NCBI GenBank assembly: GCA_964035575.1
Contig: OZ037834.1
Coordinates: 310,001 to 374,000, forward strand
DNA length: 64,000 nt
Direction: 5' to 3'
From: Rhynchopus sp. YZ270_cl-10
Taxonomy: Eukaryota
The notes under the pieces were generated by a model, which made no database searches, was not told where the DNA came from, and saw nothing but the letters and a program-made list of their open reading frames with translations. Each line of letters begins with the position of its first letter. Within the stretch, counting starts at the first letter, position 1. Position numbers and translations under genes: made by a program. Positions 44,901 through 59,900 of the stretch are shown piece by piece.

Positions 44901-47900
44901 TGAGCCTGATGCAGACTGGCACTCGCTGAACGACTGGGTTTGCGTGTGTCCACCACCGTCTGTTGGTAACGCTACTTCGAATGTTGCTGTGTGTGCTCTT
45001 GATGAGTGCACAGCGACATGTCCATCGTGTGAGGCTGACGTGTGTTCGGCTGGAGGTCAGACTTGTCAGGACCCGAAGCCTTTCTACACTGACAAGAACG
45101 ACTGGTTCTGTGCGTGCCCTCCTCCTTCGAACGCAACACTTGTTGGTGCGCTTGCAGACTGCCGTGTGGACGAATGTGTGATGCACGGTAGCACATGCAC
45201 CGCTTCTGACCAAACTTGCACAGACCCCGACTTGCTCGTTGAGCACGACTGGATGTGTGTGTGTCCCTCACCTGCAACCGGCAGTGCGACTGCGCAAGTA
45301 TCCGACTGCGTTCTCGATGAGTGCCTTGTGCAGAACTGCCCGACATGCGCAAACACAACCTGCACCGACAACGACCAGACGTGCTCAGACCCTGACACCG
45401 ACTGGAACGCTGTGAACGACTGGGTGTGCACCTGCCCTCCTCCATCAACTGGAAGTGCGATTGCAAACTTTGCTGAGTGTGCGCTGAACGAGTGCACTGT
45501 GCCGTCCTGCGACACTTGTGAGAAGGATGTGTGCTCGAACGGAGGACAGACTTGCATTGATCCCATTCCGCTTTACACAACGAAGAGCGACTGGATCTGT
45601 GCGTGCCCTCCTCCTTCCAATGCAACCCTTGTTGGTGGACTTGCAGACTGCAGAGTGGACGAGTGCAGTTTCTACGGCGGCACATGCACGAATGTGGGTC
45701 AGACTTGTGACGATCCCGACCAGCTTGTTGAGCATGACTGGACTTGCAACTGCCCTTCACCTGCAACTGGTGTTGCCACTGCTCTTGCAGCTTCGTGTGT
45801 GCTTGACGAATGTGTTGTGCAGAACTGCCCAACGTGTGCGAACTCCACCTGCACAGATGCCACACAGACTTGTGTTGAGCCTGATGCAGACTGGCACTCG
45901 CTGAACGACTGGGTTTGCGTGTGTCCACCACCGTCTGTTGGCAACGCCACTTCGAATGTTGCTGTGTGTGCTCTTGATGAGTGCACAGCGACATGTCCGT
46001 CGTGTGAGGCTGACGTGTGTTCGGCTGGAGGTCAGACTTGTCAGGACCCGAAGCCTTTCTACACTGACAAGAACGACTGGTTCTGTGCGTGTCCTCCTCC
46101 TTCGAACGCAACACTTGTTGGTGCGCTTGCAGACTGCAGAGTGGACGAATGTGTGATGCACGGTAGCACGTGTACAGCTTCTGACCAAACTTGCACAGAC
46201 CCCGACTTGCTCGTTGAGCACGACTGGATGTGTGTGTGTCCCCCACCTGCAACCGGCAGTGCGACTGCACAAGTGTCCGACTGCGTTCTGGATGAGTGCC
46301 TTGTGCAGAACTGCCCGACATGCGCAAACACAACCTGTACCGACAACGACCAGACGTGCTCAGACCCTGACACCGACTGGAACGCTGTGAACGACTGGGT
46401 GTGCACCTGCCCTCCTCCTTCAACTGGAAGTGCGATTGCAAACTTTGCTGAGTGTGCGCTGAACGAGTGCACTGTGCCGACTTGCGACACTTGTGAGAAG
46501 GATGTGTGCTCGAACGGAGGACAGACTTGCATTGATCCCATTCCGCTTTACACAACGAAGAGCGACTGGATCTGTGCGTGCCCTCCCCCTTCGAACGCAA
46601 CCCTTGTTGGTGGACTTGCCGACTGCAGAGTGGACGAGTGCAGTTTCTACGGAGGCACATGCACGAATGTGGGTCAGACTTGTGACGATCCCGACCAGCT
46701 TGTTGAGCATGACTGGACTTGCAACTGCCCTTCACCTGCAACTGGTGTTGCCACTGCTCTTGCAGCTTCGTGTGTGCTTGACGAATGTGTTGTTCAGAAC
46801 TGCCCAACATGTGCGAACTCCACCTGCACAGATGCCACACAGACTTGTGTTGAACCTGATGCAGACTGGCACTCGCTGAACGACTGGGTTTGCGTGTGTC
46901 CACCACCGTCTGTTGGTAACGCCACTTCGAATGTTGCTGTGTGTGCTCTTGATGAGTGCACAGCGACATGTCCATCGTGTGAGGCTGACGTGTGTTCGGC
47001 TGGAGGTCAGACTTGTCAGGACCCGAAGCCTTTCTACACTGACAAGAACGACTGGTTCTGTGCGTGCCCTCCTCCTTCGAACGCAACACTTGTTGGTGCG
47101 CTTGCAGACTGCCGTGTGGACGAATGTACTCTGTACGGAACTACATGCACAAGCGGAGGGCAATTATGCACAGACCCCGACTTGCTCGTTGAGCACGACT
47201 GGATGTGTGTGTGTCCCTCACCTGCAACTGGCAGTGCGACTGCGCAAGTATCCGACTGCGTTCTGGATGAGTGCCTTGTGCAGAACTGCCCGACATGCGC
47301 AAACACAACCTGCACCGACAACGACCAGACGTGCTCAGACCCTGACACCGACTGGAACGCTGTGAACGACTGGGTGTGCACCTGCCCTCCTCCTTCAACT
47401 GGAAGTGCGATTGCAAACTTTGCTGAGTGTGCGCTGAACGAGTGCACTGTGCCGTCCTGCGACACTTGTGAGAAGGATGTGTGCTCGAACGGAGGACAGA
47501 CTTGCATTGATCCCATTCCGCTTTACACAACGAAGAGCGACTGGATCTGTGCGTGCCCTCCTCCTTCCAATGCAACCCTTGTTGGTGGACTTGCAGACTG
47601 CAGAGTGGACGAGTGCAGTTTCTACGGCGGCACATGCACGAATGTGGGTCAGACTTGTGACGATCCCGACCAGCTTGTTGAGCATGACTGGACTTGCAAC
47701 TGCCCTTCACCTGCAACTGGTGTTGCCACTGCTCTTGCAGCTTCGTGTGTGCTTGACGAATGTGTTGTTCAGAACTGCCCAACGTGTGCGAATTCCACCT
47801 GCACAGATGCCACACAGACTTGCGTTGAGCCTGATGCAGACTGGCACTCGCTGAACGACTGGGTTTGCGTGTGTCCACCACCGTCTGTTGGTAACGCCAC

Positions 47901-50900
47901 TTCGAATGTTGCTGTGTGTGCTCTTGATGAGTGCACAGCGACATGTCCATCGTGTGAGGCTGACGTGTGTTCGGCTGGAGGTCAGACTTGTCAGGACCCG
48001 AAGCCTTTCTACACTGACAAGAACGACTGGTTCTGTGCGTGCCCTCCTCCTTCGAACGCAACACTTGTTGGTGCGCTTGCAGACTGCCGTGTGGACGAAT
48101 GTGTGATGCACGGTAGCACATGCACCGCTTCTGACCAAACTTGCAAAGACCCCGACTTGCTCGTTGAGCACGACTGGATGTGTGTGTGTCCCTCACCTGC
48201 AACCGGCAGTGCGACTGCGCAAGTATCCGACTGCGTTCTCGATGAGTGCCTTGTGCAGAACTGCCCGACATGCGCAAACACAACCTGTACCGACAACGAC
48301 CAGACGTGCTCAGACCCTGACACCGACTGGAACGCTGTGAACGACTGGGTGTGCACCTGCCCTCCTCCTTCAACTGGAAGTGCGATTGCAAACTTTGCTG
48401 AGTGTGCGCTGAACGAGTGCACTGTGCCGTCCTGCGACACTTGTGAGAAGAATATATGTGGGGCAAGTGGTCAGACTTGCATTGATCCCATTCCGCTTTA
48501 CACAACGAAGAGCGACTGGATCTGTGCGTGCCCTCCTCCTTCGAACGCAACCCTTGTTGGTGGACTTGCCGACTGCAGAGTGGATGAGTGCAGTTTCTAC
48601 GGCGGCACATGCACGAATGTGGGTCAGACTTGTGACGATCCCGACCAGCTTGTTGAGCATGACTGGACTTGCAACTGCCCTTCACCTGCAACTGGTGTTG
48701 CCACTGCTCTTGCAGCTTCGTGTGTGCTTGACGAATGTGTTGTTCAGAACTGCCCAACGTGTGCGAACTCCACCTGCACAGATGCCACACAGACTTGTGT
48801 TGAGCCTGATGCAGACTGGCACTCGCTGAACGACTGGGTTTGCGTGTGTCCACCACCGTCTGTTGGTAACGCCACTTCGAATGTTGCTGTGTGTGCTCTT
48901 GATGAGTGCACAGCGACATGTCCGTCGTGCGAAGCAAACTTGTGTTCGAACAATGGTCAGACCTGTCAGGACCCGAAGCCTTTCTACACTGACAAGAACG
49001 ACTGGTTCTGTGCGTGTCCTCCTCCTTCGAACGCAACACTTGTTGGTGCGCTTGCAGACTGCCGTGTGGACGAATGTACTCTGTACGGAACTACATGCAC
49101 AAGCGGAGGGCAATTATGCACAGATCCCGACTTGCTCGTTGAGCACGACTGGATGTGTGTGTGTCCCTCACCTGCAACCGGCAGTGCGACTGCGCAAGTA
49201 TCCGACTGCGTTCTCGACGAGTGCCTTGTGCAGAACTGCCCGACATGCGCAAACACAACCTGCACCGACAACGACCAGACGTGCTCAGACCCTGACACCG
49301 ACTGGAACGCTGTGAACGACTGGGTGTGCACCTGCCCTCCTCCTTCAACTGGAAGTGCGATTGCAAACTTTGCTGAGTGTGCGCTGAACGAGTGCACTGT
49401 GCCGTCCTGCGACACTTGTGAGAAGGATGTGTGCTCGAACGGAGGACAGACTTGCATTGATCCCATTCCGCTTTACACAACGAAGAGCGACTGGATCTGT
49501 GCGTGCCCTCCTCCTTCCAATGCAACCCTTGTTGGTGGACTTGCCGACTGCAGAGTGGACGAGTGCAGTTTCTACGGCGGCACATGCACGAATGTGGGTC
49601 AGACTTGTGACGATCCCGACCAGCTTGTTGAGCATGACTGGACTTGCAACTGCCCTTCACCTGCAACTGGTGTTGCCACTGCTCTTGCAGCTTCGTGTGT
49701 GCTTGACGAATGTGTTGTTCAGAACTGCCCAACATGTGCGAACTCCACCTGCACAGATGCGACACAGACTTGCGTTGAACCTGATGCAGACTGGCACTCG
49801 CTGAACGACTGGGTTTGCGTGTGTCCACCACCGTCTGTTGGCAACGCCACTTCGAATGTTGCTGTGTGTGCTCTTGATGAGTGCACAGCGACATGCCCTT
49901 CGTGTGAGGCTGACGTATGTTCGAACAATGGTCAGACCTGTCAGGACCCGAAGCCTTTCTACACTGACAAGAACGACTGGTTCTGTGCGTGTCCTCCTCC
50001 TTCGAACGCAACACTTGTTGGCGCGCTTGCAGACTGCCGTGTGGACGAATGTACTCTGTACGGAACTACATGCACAAGCGGAGGGCAATTATGCACAGAT
50101 CCCGACTTGCTCGTTGAGCACGACTGGATGTGTGTGTGTCCCTCACCTGCAACCGGCAGTGCGACTGCACAAGTGTCCGACTGCGTTCTGGATGAGTGCC
50201 TTGTGCAGAACTGCCCGACATGCGCAAACACAACCTGTACCGACAACGACCAGACGTGCTCAGACCCTGACACCGACTGGAACGCTGTGAACGACTGGGT
50301 GTGCACCTGCCCTCCTCCATCAACTGGAAGTGCGATTGCAAACTTTGCTGAGTGTGCGCTGAACGAGTGCACTGTGCCGTCCTGCGACACTTGTGAGAAG
50401 GATGTGTGCTCGAATGGAGGACAGACTTGCATTGATCCCATTCCGCTTTACACAACGAAGAGCGACTGGATCTGTGCGTGCCCTCCTCCTTCGAACGCAA
50501 CCCTTGTTGGTGGACTTGCAGACTGCAGAGTGGACGAGTGCAGTTTCTACGGCGGCACATGCACGAATGTGGGTCAGACTTGTGACGACCCCGACCAGCT
50601 TGTTGAGCATGACTGGACTTGCAACTGCCCTTCACCTGCAACTGGTGTTGCCACTGCTCTTGCAGCTTCGTGTGTGCTTGACGAATGTGTTGTGCAGAAC
50701 TGCCCAACGTGTGCGAACTCCACCTGCACAGATGCCACACAGACTTGCGTTGAGCCTGATGCAGACTGGCACTCGCTGAACGACTGGGTTTGCGTGTGTC
50801 CACCACCGTCTGTTGGCAACGCCACTTCGAATGTTGCTGTGTGTGCTCTTGATGAGTGCACAGCGACATGTCCGTCGTGCGAAGCAAACTTGTGCTCGAA

Positions 50901-53900
50901 CAATGGTCAGACCTGTCAGGACCCGAAGCCTTTCTACACTGACAAGAACGACTGGTTCTGTGCGTGCCCTCCTCCTTCGAACGCAACACTTGTTGGTGCG
51001 CTTGCAGACTGCCGTGTGGACGAATGTACTCTGTACGGAACTACATGCACAAGCGGAGGGCAATTATGCACAGATCCCGACTTGCTCGTTGAGCACGACT
51101 GGATGTGTGTGTGTCCCTCACCTGCAACCGGCAGTGCGACTGCGCAAGTGTCCGACTGCGTTCTGGATGAGTGCCTTGTGCAGAACTGCCCGACATGCGC
51201 AAACACAACCTGTACCGACAACGACCAGACGTGCTCAGACCCTGACACCGACTGGAACGCTGTGAACGACTGGGTGTGCACCTGCCCTCCTCCTTCAACT
51301 GGAAGTGCGATTGCAAACTTTGCTGAGTGTGCGCTGAACGAGTGCACTGTGCCGTCCTGCGACACTTGTGAGAAGGATGTGTGCTCGAATGGAGGACAGA
51401 CTTGCATTGATCCCATTCCGCTTTACACAACGAAGAGCGACTGGATCTGTGCGTGCCCTCCTCCTTCGAACGCAACCCTTGTTGGTGGACTTGCCGACTG
51501 CAGAGTGGACGAGTGCAGTTTCTACGGCGGCACATGCACGAATGTGGGTCAGACTTGTGACGATCCCGACCAGCTTGTTGAGCATGACTGGACTTGCAAC
51601 TGCCCTTCACCTGCAACTGGTGTTGCCACTGCTCTTGCAGCTTCGTGTGTGCTTGACGAATGTGTTGTTCAGAACTGCCCAACGTGTGCGAATTCCACCT
51701 GCACAGATGCCACACAGACTTGCGTTGAGCCTGATGCAGACTGGCACTCGCTGAACGACTGGGTTTGCGTGTGTCCACCACCGTCTGTTGGTAACGCCAC
51801 TTCGAATGTTGCTGTGTGTGCTCTTGATGAGTGCACAGCGACATGTCCTTCGTGCGAAGCAAACTTGTGTTCGAACAATGGTCAGACCTGTCAAGACCCG
51901 AAGCCTTTCTACACTGACAAGAACGACTGGTTCTGTGCGTGTCCTCCTCCTTCGAACGCAACACTTGTTGGTGCGCTTGCAGATTGCAGAGTGGACGAAT
52001 GTACTCTGTACGGAACTACATGCACAAGCGGAGGGCAATTATGCACAGACCCCGACTTGCTCGTTGAGCACGACTGGATGTGTGTGTGTCCCTCACCTGC
52101 AACTGGCAGTGCGACTGCGCAAGTATCCGACTGCGTTCTCGATGAGTGCCTTGTGCAGAACTGCCCGACATGCGCAAACACAACCTGCACCGACAACGAC
52201 CAGACGTGCTCAGACCCTGACACCGACTGGAACGCTGTGAACGACTGGGTGTGCACCTGCCCTCCTCCTTCAACTGGAAGTGCGATTGCAAACTTTGCTG
52301 AGTGTGCGCTGAACGAGTGCACTGTGCCGTCCTGCGACACTTGTGAGAAGGATGTGTGCTCGAACGGAGGACAGACTTGCATTGATCCCATTCCGCTTTA
52401 CACAACGAAGAGCGACTGGATCTGTGCGTGCCCTCCTCCTTCCAATGCAACCCTTGTTGGTGGACTTGCCGACTGCAGAGTGGACGAGTGCAGTTTCTAC
52501 GGCGGCACATGCACGAATGTGGGTCAGACTTGTGACGATCCCGACCAGCTTGTTGAGCATGACTGGACTTGCAACTGCCCTTCACCTGCAACTGGTGTTG
52601 CCACTGCTCTTGCAGCTTCGTGTGTGCTTGACGAATGTGTTGTGCAGAACTGCCCAACGTGTGCGAACTCCACCTGTACAGATGCCACACAGACTTGTGT
52701 TGAGCCTGATGCAGACTGGCACTCGCTGAACGACTGGGTTTGCGTGTGTCCACCACCGTCTGTTGGTAACGCCACTTCGAATGTTGCTGTGTGTGCTCTT
52801 GATGAGTGCACAGCGACATGTCCTTCGTGCGAAGCAAACTTGTGTTCGAACAATGGTCAGACCTGTCAAGACCCGAAGCCTTTCTACACTGACAAGAACG
52901 ACTGGTTCTGTGCGTGCCCTCCTCCTTCGAACGCAACACTTGTTGGTGCGCTTGCAGACTGCCGTGTGGACGAATGTACTCTGTACGGAACTACATGCAC
53001 AAGCGGAGGGCAATTGTGCACAGACCCCGACTTGCTCGTTGAGCACGACTGGATGTGTGTGTGTCCCTCACCTGCAACCGGCAGTGCGACTGCGCAAGTA
53101 TCCGACTGCGTTCTCGACGAGTGCCTTGTGCAGAACTGCCCGACATGCGCAAACACAACCTGCACCGACAACGACCAGACGTGCTCAGACCCTGACACCG
53201 ACTGGAACGCTGTGAACGACTGGGTGTGCACCTGCCCTCCTCCTTCAACTGGAAGTGCGATTGCAAACTTTGCTGAGTGCGCGCTGAACGAGTGCACTGT
53301 GCCGTCCTGCGACACTTGTGAGAAGGATGTGTGCTCGAACGGAGGACAGACTTGCATTGATCCCATTCCGCTTTACACAACGAAGAGCGACTGGATCTGT
53401 GCGTGCCCTCCTCCTTCCAATGCAACCCTTGTTGGTGGACTTGCCGACTGCAGAGTGGACGAGTGCAGTTTCTACGGCGGCACATGCACGAATGTGGGTC
53501 AGACTTGTGACGATCCTGACCAGCTTGTTGAGCATGACTGGACTTGCAACTGCCCTTCACCTGCAACTGGTGTTGCCACTGCTCTTGCAGCTTCGTGTGT
53601 GCTTGACGAATGTGTTGTTCAGAACTGCCCAACATGTGCGAACTCCACCTGCACAGATGCCACACAGACTTGCGTTGAACCTGATGCAGACTGGCACTCG
53701 CTGAACGACTGGGTTTGCGTGTGTCCACCTCCTTCTGTTGGTAACGCCACTTCGAATGTTGCTGTGTGTGCTCTTGATGAGTGCACAGCGACATGTCCAT
53801 CGTGTGAGGCTGACGTGTGTTCGGCTGGAGGTCAGACTTGTCAGGACCCGAAGCCTTTCTACACTGACAAGAACGACTGGTTCTGTGCGTGCCCTCCTCC

Positions 53901-56900
53901 TTCGAACGCAACACTTGTTGGTGCGCTTGCAGACTGCCGTGTGGACGAATGTGAAAAGCATGGTATTACCTGCACAAACGGAGGGCAATTATGCACAGAC
54001 CCCGACTTGCTCGTTGAGCACGACTGGATGTGTGTGTGTCCCTCACCTGCAACTGGCAGTGCGACTGCGCAAGTATCCGACTGCGTTCTGGATGAGTGCC
54101 TTGTGCAGAACTGCCCGACATGCGCAAACACAACCTGCACCGACAACGACCAGACGTGCTCAGACCCTGACACCGACTGGAACGCTGTGAACGACTGGGT
54201 GTGCACCTGCCCTCCTCCTTCAACTGGAAGTGCGATTGCAAACTTTGCTGAGTGTGCGCTGAACGAGTGCACTGTGCCGTCCTGCGACACTTGTGAGAAG
54301 GATGTGTGCTCGAACGGAGGACAGACTTGCATTGATCCCATTCCGCTTTACACAACGAAGAGCGACTGGATCTGTGCGTGCCCTCCTCCTTCCAATGCAA
54401 CCCTTGTTGGTGGACTTGCAGACTGCAGAGTGGACGAGTGCAGTTTCTACGGCGGCACATGCACGAATGTGGGTCAGACTTGTGACGATCCCGACCAGCT
54501 TGTTGAGCATGACTGGACTTGCAACTGCCCTTCACCTGCAACTGGTGTTGCCACTGCTCTTGCAGCTTCGTGTGTGCTTGACGAATGTGTTGTGCAGAAC
54601 TGCCCAACATGTGCGAACTCCACCTGCACAGATGCCACACAGACTTGCGTTGAACCTGATGCAGACTGGCACTCGCTGAACGACTGGGTTTGCGTGTGTC
54701 CACCACCGTCTGTTGGCAACGCCACTTCGAATGTTGCTGTGTGTGCTCTTGATGAGTGCACAGCGACATGCCCGTCGTGCGAATCTGACGTGTGTTCGGC
54801 TGGAGGTCAGACTTGTCAGGACCCGAAGCCTTTCTACACTGACAAGAACGACTGGTTCTGTGCGTGTCCTCCTCCTTCGAACGCAACCCTTGTTGGTGCG
54901 CTTGCAGACTGCCGTGTGGACGAATGTACCCTGTACGGAACTACATGCACAAGCGGAGGGCAATTATGCACAGATCCCGACTTGCTCGTTGAGCACGACT
55001 GGATGTGTGTGTGTCCCTCACCTGCAACCGGCAGTGCGACTGCGCAAGTATCCGACTGCGTTCTCGATGAGTGCCTTGTGCAGAACTGCCCGACATGCGC
55101 AAACACAACCTGCACCGACAACGACCAGACGTGCTCAGACCCTGACACCGACTGGAACGCTGTGAACGACTGGGTGTGCACCTGCCCTCCTCCATCAACT
55201 GGAAGTGCGATTGCAAACTTTGCTGAGTGTGCGCTGAACGAGTGCACTATGCCGTCCTGCGACACTTGTGAGAAGGATGTGTGCTCGAATGGAGGACAGA
55301 CTTGCATTGATCCCATTCCGCTTTACACAACGAAGAGCGACTGGATCTGTGCGTGCCCTCCTCCTTCGAACGCAACCCTTGTTGGTGGACTTGCCGACTG
55401 CAGAGTGGACGAGTGCAGTTTCTACGGCGGCACATGCACGAATGTGGGTCAGACTTGTGACGATCCCGACCAGCTTGTTGAGCATGACTGGACTTGCAAC
55501 TGCCCTTCACCTGCAACTGGTGTTGCCACTGCTCTTGCAGCTTCGTGTGTGCTTGACGAATGTGTTGTTCAGAACTGCCCAACATGTGCGAACTCCACCT
55601 GCACAGATGCCACACAGACTTGTGTTGAGCCTGATGCAGACTGGCACTCGCTGAACGACTGGGTTTGCGTGTGTCCACCACCGTCTGTTGGTAACGCCAC
55701 TTCGAATGTTGCTGTGTGTGCTCTTGATGAGTGCACAGCGACATGCCCGTCGTGCGAATCTGACGTGTGTTCGGCTGGAGGTCAGACTTGTCAGGACCCG
55801 AAGCCTTTCTACACTGACAAGAACGACTGGTTCTGTGCGTGCCCTCCTCCTTCGAACGCAACCCTTGTTGGTGCGCTTGCAGACTGCCGTGTGGACGAAT
55901 GTACCCTGTACGGAACTACATGCACAAGCGGAGGGCAATTATGCACAGATCCCGACTTGCTCGTTGAGCACGACTGGATGTGTGTGTGTCCCCCACCTGC
56001 AACCGGCAGTGCGACTGCGCAAGTATCCGACTGCGTTCTCGACGAGTGCCTTGTGCAGAACTGCCCGACATGCGCAAACACAACCTGCACCGACAACGAC
56101 CAGACGTGCTCAGACCCTGACACCGACTGGAACGCTGTGAACGACTGGGTGTGCACCTGCCCTCCTCCATCAACTGGAAGTGCGATTGCAAACTTTGCTG
56201 AGTGTGCGCTGAACGAGTGCACTGTGCCGTCCTGCGACACTTGTGAGAAGGATGTGTGCTCGAACGGAGGACAGACTTGCATTGATCCCATTCCGCTTTA
56301 CACAACGAAGAGCGACTGGATCTGTGCGTGCCCTCCTCCTTCCAATGCAACCCTTGTTGGTGGACTTGCCGACTGCAGAGTGGACGAGTGCAGTTTCTAC
56401 GGCGGCACATGCACGAATGTGGGTCAGACTTGTGACGATCCCGACCAGCTTGTTGAGCATGACTGGACTTGCAACTGCCCTTCACCTGCAACTGGTGTTG
56501 CCACTGCTCTTGCAGCTTCGTGTGTGCTTGACGAATGTGTTGTTCAGAACTGCCCAACGTGTGCGAATTCCACCTGCACAGATGCCACACAGACTTGCGT
56601 TGAGCCTGATGCAGACTGGCACTCGCTGAACGACTGGGTTTGCGTGTGTCCACCACCTTCTGTTGGCAACGCCACTTCGAATGTTGCTGTGTGTGCTCTT
56701 GATGAGTGCACAGCGACATGTCCTTCGTGCGAAGCTGACGTGTGTTCGGCTGGAGGTCAGACTTGTCAGGACCCGAAGCCTTTCTACACTGACAAGAACG
56801 ACTGGTTCTGTGCGTGCCCTCCTCCTTCGAACGCAACACTTGTTGGTGCGCTTGCAGACTGCCGTGTGGACGAATGTACTCTGTACGGAACTACATGCAC

Positions 56901-59900
56901 AAGCGGAGGGCAATTATGCACAGATCCCGACTTGCTCGTTGAGCACGACTGGATGTGTGTGTGTCCCTCACCTGCAACTGGCAGTGCGACTGCGCAAGTG
57001 TCCGACTGCGTTCTCGATGAGTGCCTTGTGCAGAACTGCCCGACATGCGCAAACACAACCTGTACCGACAACGACCAGACGTGCTCAGACCCTGACACCG
57101 ACTGGAACGCTGTGAACGACTGGGTGTGCACCTGCCCTCCTCCTTCAACTGGAAGTGCGATTGCAAACTTTGCTGAGTGTGCGCTGAACGAGTGCACTGT
57201 GCCGTCCTGCGACACTTGTGAGAAGGATGTGTGCTCGAACGGAGGACAGACTTGCATTGATCCCATTCCGCTTTACACAACGAAGAGCGACTGGATCTGT
57301 GCGTGCCCTCCTCCTTCGAACGCAACCCTTGTTGGTGGACTTGCAGACTGCAGCTTTGACGAGTGTGATCTGTACCGTGACACGTGCGTTAAGGCGGATC
57401 AGTTGTGCGAGGACACGAATCTGTTGAGCTTGGATGACTGGGAGTGCGTGTGTCCGTCTCCTGCCACGGGGCGTAACACTGCTGCTGTGTCTAGTTGTGT
57501 GATTGATGAGTGCACTGCCACCTGTGCGTCGTGTGCTGACACAACGTGTACTGGTGCAGGACAGGAATGTCTGGATGTGGACACCGATTGGCGTTCGCTG
57601 AATGATTGGAACTGTTCGTGCATTGCGCCTTTGGTGGGCTCTGCAGTTGTCTCTGTAGCTACGTGTACCATTGACGAATGTGCTGCGACCTGTGCACACT
57701 GTGCGAATGGTGCCTGCAGTCCTGGGCAGACGTGCTTCGATCCGGACCACTCTGCACAGAATACGAGCAACTGGGTGTGCACCTGTGAGCCTCCGACACA
57801 CAACTTCAAGGTTGCCGGCACCGCTAACTGCGAGATCGATGAGTGTCGCGAACACGAGGAGACGTGCCACGAACACGGTCAGGTCTGTGTGGATCCTGAC
57901 AAGACTCCCTCGAGCCTCAACGACTGGGTCTGCCTTTGTGTACCACCAGCAGTCGAGCCCCTCGTGAACGCGACGATGACCGCAGCACACTGCCACTACA
58001 CCGGCGAATGCGAGGACGATCCTGCGATTGCCGCCATCTGCACAGACAAGGGACAGAACTGCTACGACCCCTTCCCCAACCCAAGCAGCACAGGCGACTG
58101 GCAGTGCGTCTGCGTGGACCCTGCAAAGGGCAGCAACGCCACAGCGGCACCTGCAGACTGTGTGCTCGACCAGTGCATCGAGGTGTGCGCATCGTGTGCA
58201 GACATCGGTGACGGCAACGGTAACGTCTGTGCTTCAGAAGGGCAGACGTGTGTCGACCCTGACGTTAGTGCCCTCATCCTGCACGACTGGTACTGCCTCT
58301 GCGTGTCGCCATTGACACAGGTCGGTGGCGCCGCACCCGCCTCTCTTCTTAAGCCAGCGCTGTGCGAGTTAGACGAATGCACAGCAACCTGTGGTACCTG
58401 CTCCGCAGACACGTGCACTTCTGTAAGCCAAACCTGCCTTGATTCGAACAAGGACCCTGGCGCCACTGCAGATTGGACGTGTACATGTACAACGGGCGTG
58501 GGTGTTGCGACGGCGAAGGCTGCTACCTGCGTCTGCAATGAGTGTCTTGCCAACAGTAACACCTGCACAAATGCAGGGCAGACTTGCCTGGACCACGACA
58601 TGACGTGTCCGTCGCAGTCTGATTGGATCTGTGAGTGTGCGCCACCGTCAGTATCGACAAACACTGCCGCTGTCGCCATTTGCGAGTACAACGAATGCGA
58701 TGCACACTCCTCCACCTGCACGGCCAAATCCCAGACTTGCACAGACCCAAGCCTGACTACAGCAGATGACTGGTTCTGTACTTGCCAGTCTCCGAAGTCT
58801 GGTGTTGCGACTGCAGCAGCAGCCGACTGCACAATTGATGAGTGCGCAGAGACCTGTGCAACTTGTTCTGCCGACACCTGCACTTCAGTTGGCCAGACGT
58901 GCACCGACCCCAACACTGACGACGGATCACTGGGTGACTGGACTTGCACTTGCGTATTGCCTGGCGTTGGCACTTCAACAGCAGCATCTGCGACGTGTGT
59001 GTGCAACGAATGCCTTGCGAATGGCATCACCTGCACAGGAGCCGACCAGACCTGCTTCGACAGCGACCAGACTTGCCCTCCGAAGAGTGATTGGGTGTGC
59101 ACATGCAAGGCTCCGTCTGCGAGTGAGAAAGTTGCTGGTGTTGCCATCTGCGAGTACGATGAGTGCACTGAGAAGGCCATTACGTGCACAGGTGCAGGCC
59201 AGACCTGCGAGGACAAGCTACTTACTACACCTGACGACTGGGTCTGCACCTGTCCTCCACCGTCACACGGTGATGCTGTTGCTGACAAGGCTGACTGTGT
59301 CTTGGATGAGTGCATTGAGACATGCCCGTCTTGTGCAAATGCAACCTGTTCAAGTGTGGGTCAGACTTGCATTGACCCCGACACGAACTCGCTTGTGCTG
59401 AACGACTGGCTGTGCAAGTGCACAGTTGGTACTGGCAGCGCAACAGGAACAGCTGCAGCATGCATCTGCAACGAGTGTGATGTGCACAACGCAACATGTG
59501 CTGCAGCAGGACAGACTTGTTTCGAACCGAACGATCTCTGTGCTGTACCTAACGACTGGTTGTGCAAGTGCTCGCCACCTTCTATTTCAGAGAAACTTGG
59601 CGGAGTTGCGATCTGCAGATACGACGAATGTGACGAGAAGGGAGGCATCTGTACTTCAGCATCGCAGACTTGCACAGACCCTGATGACACCGTTTACGAC
59701 AACTGGTTCTGTACTTGCCAGTCTCCGAAGTCTGGTGTTGCGACTGCAGCAACAGCGAACTGCACAATTGACGAATGCACGGAGACCTGTGCAACTTGTT
59801 CTGCTGACACCTGCACTTCAGTTGGCCAGACGTGCACCGACCCCAACACTGACGACGGATCACTGGGTGACTGGACTTGCACTTGCGTATTGCCTGGTAT

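Noticed and set aside
41834..57353. Regular repeats with variable patches as a possible CRISPR or DGR system
   Set aside because: Units are 975 bp in-frame coding repeats. There are no unique spacers, cas genes, reverse transcriptase or adenine-specific template/variable pair in the window.
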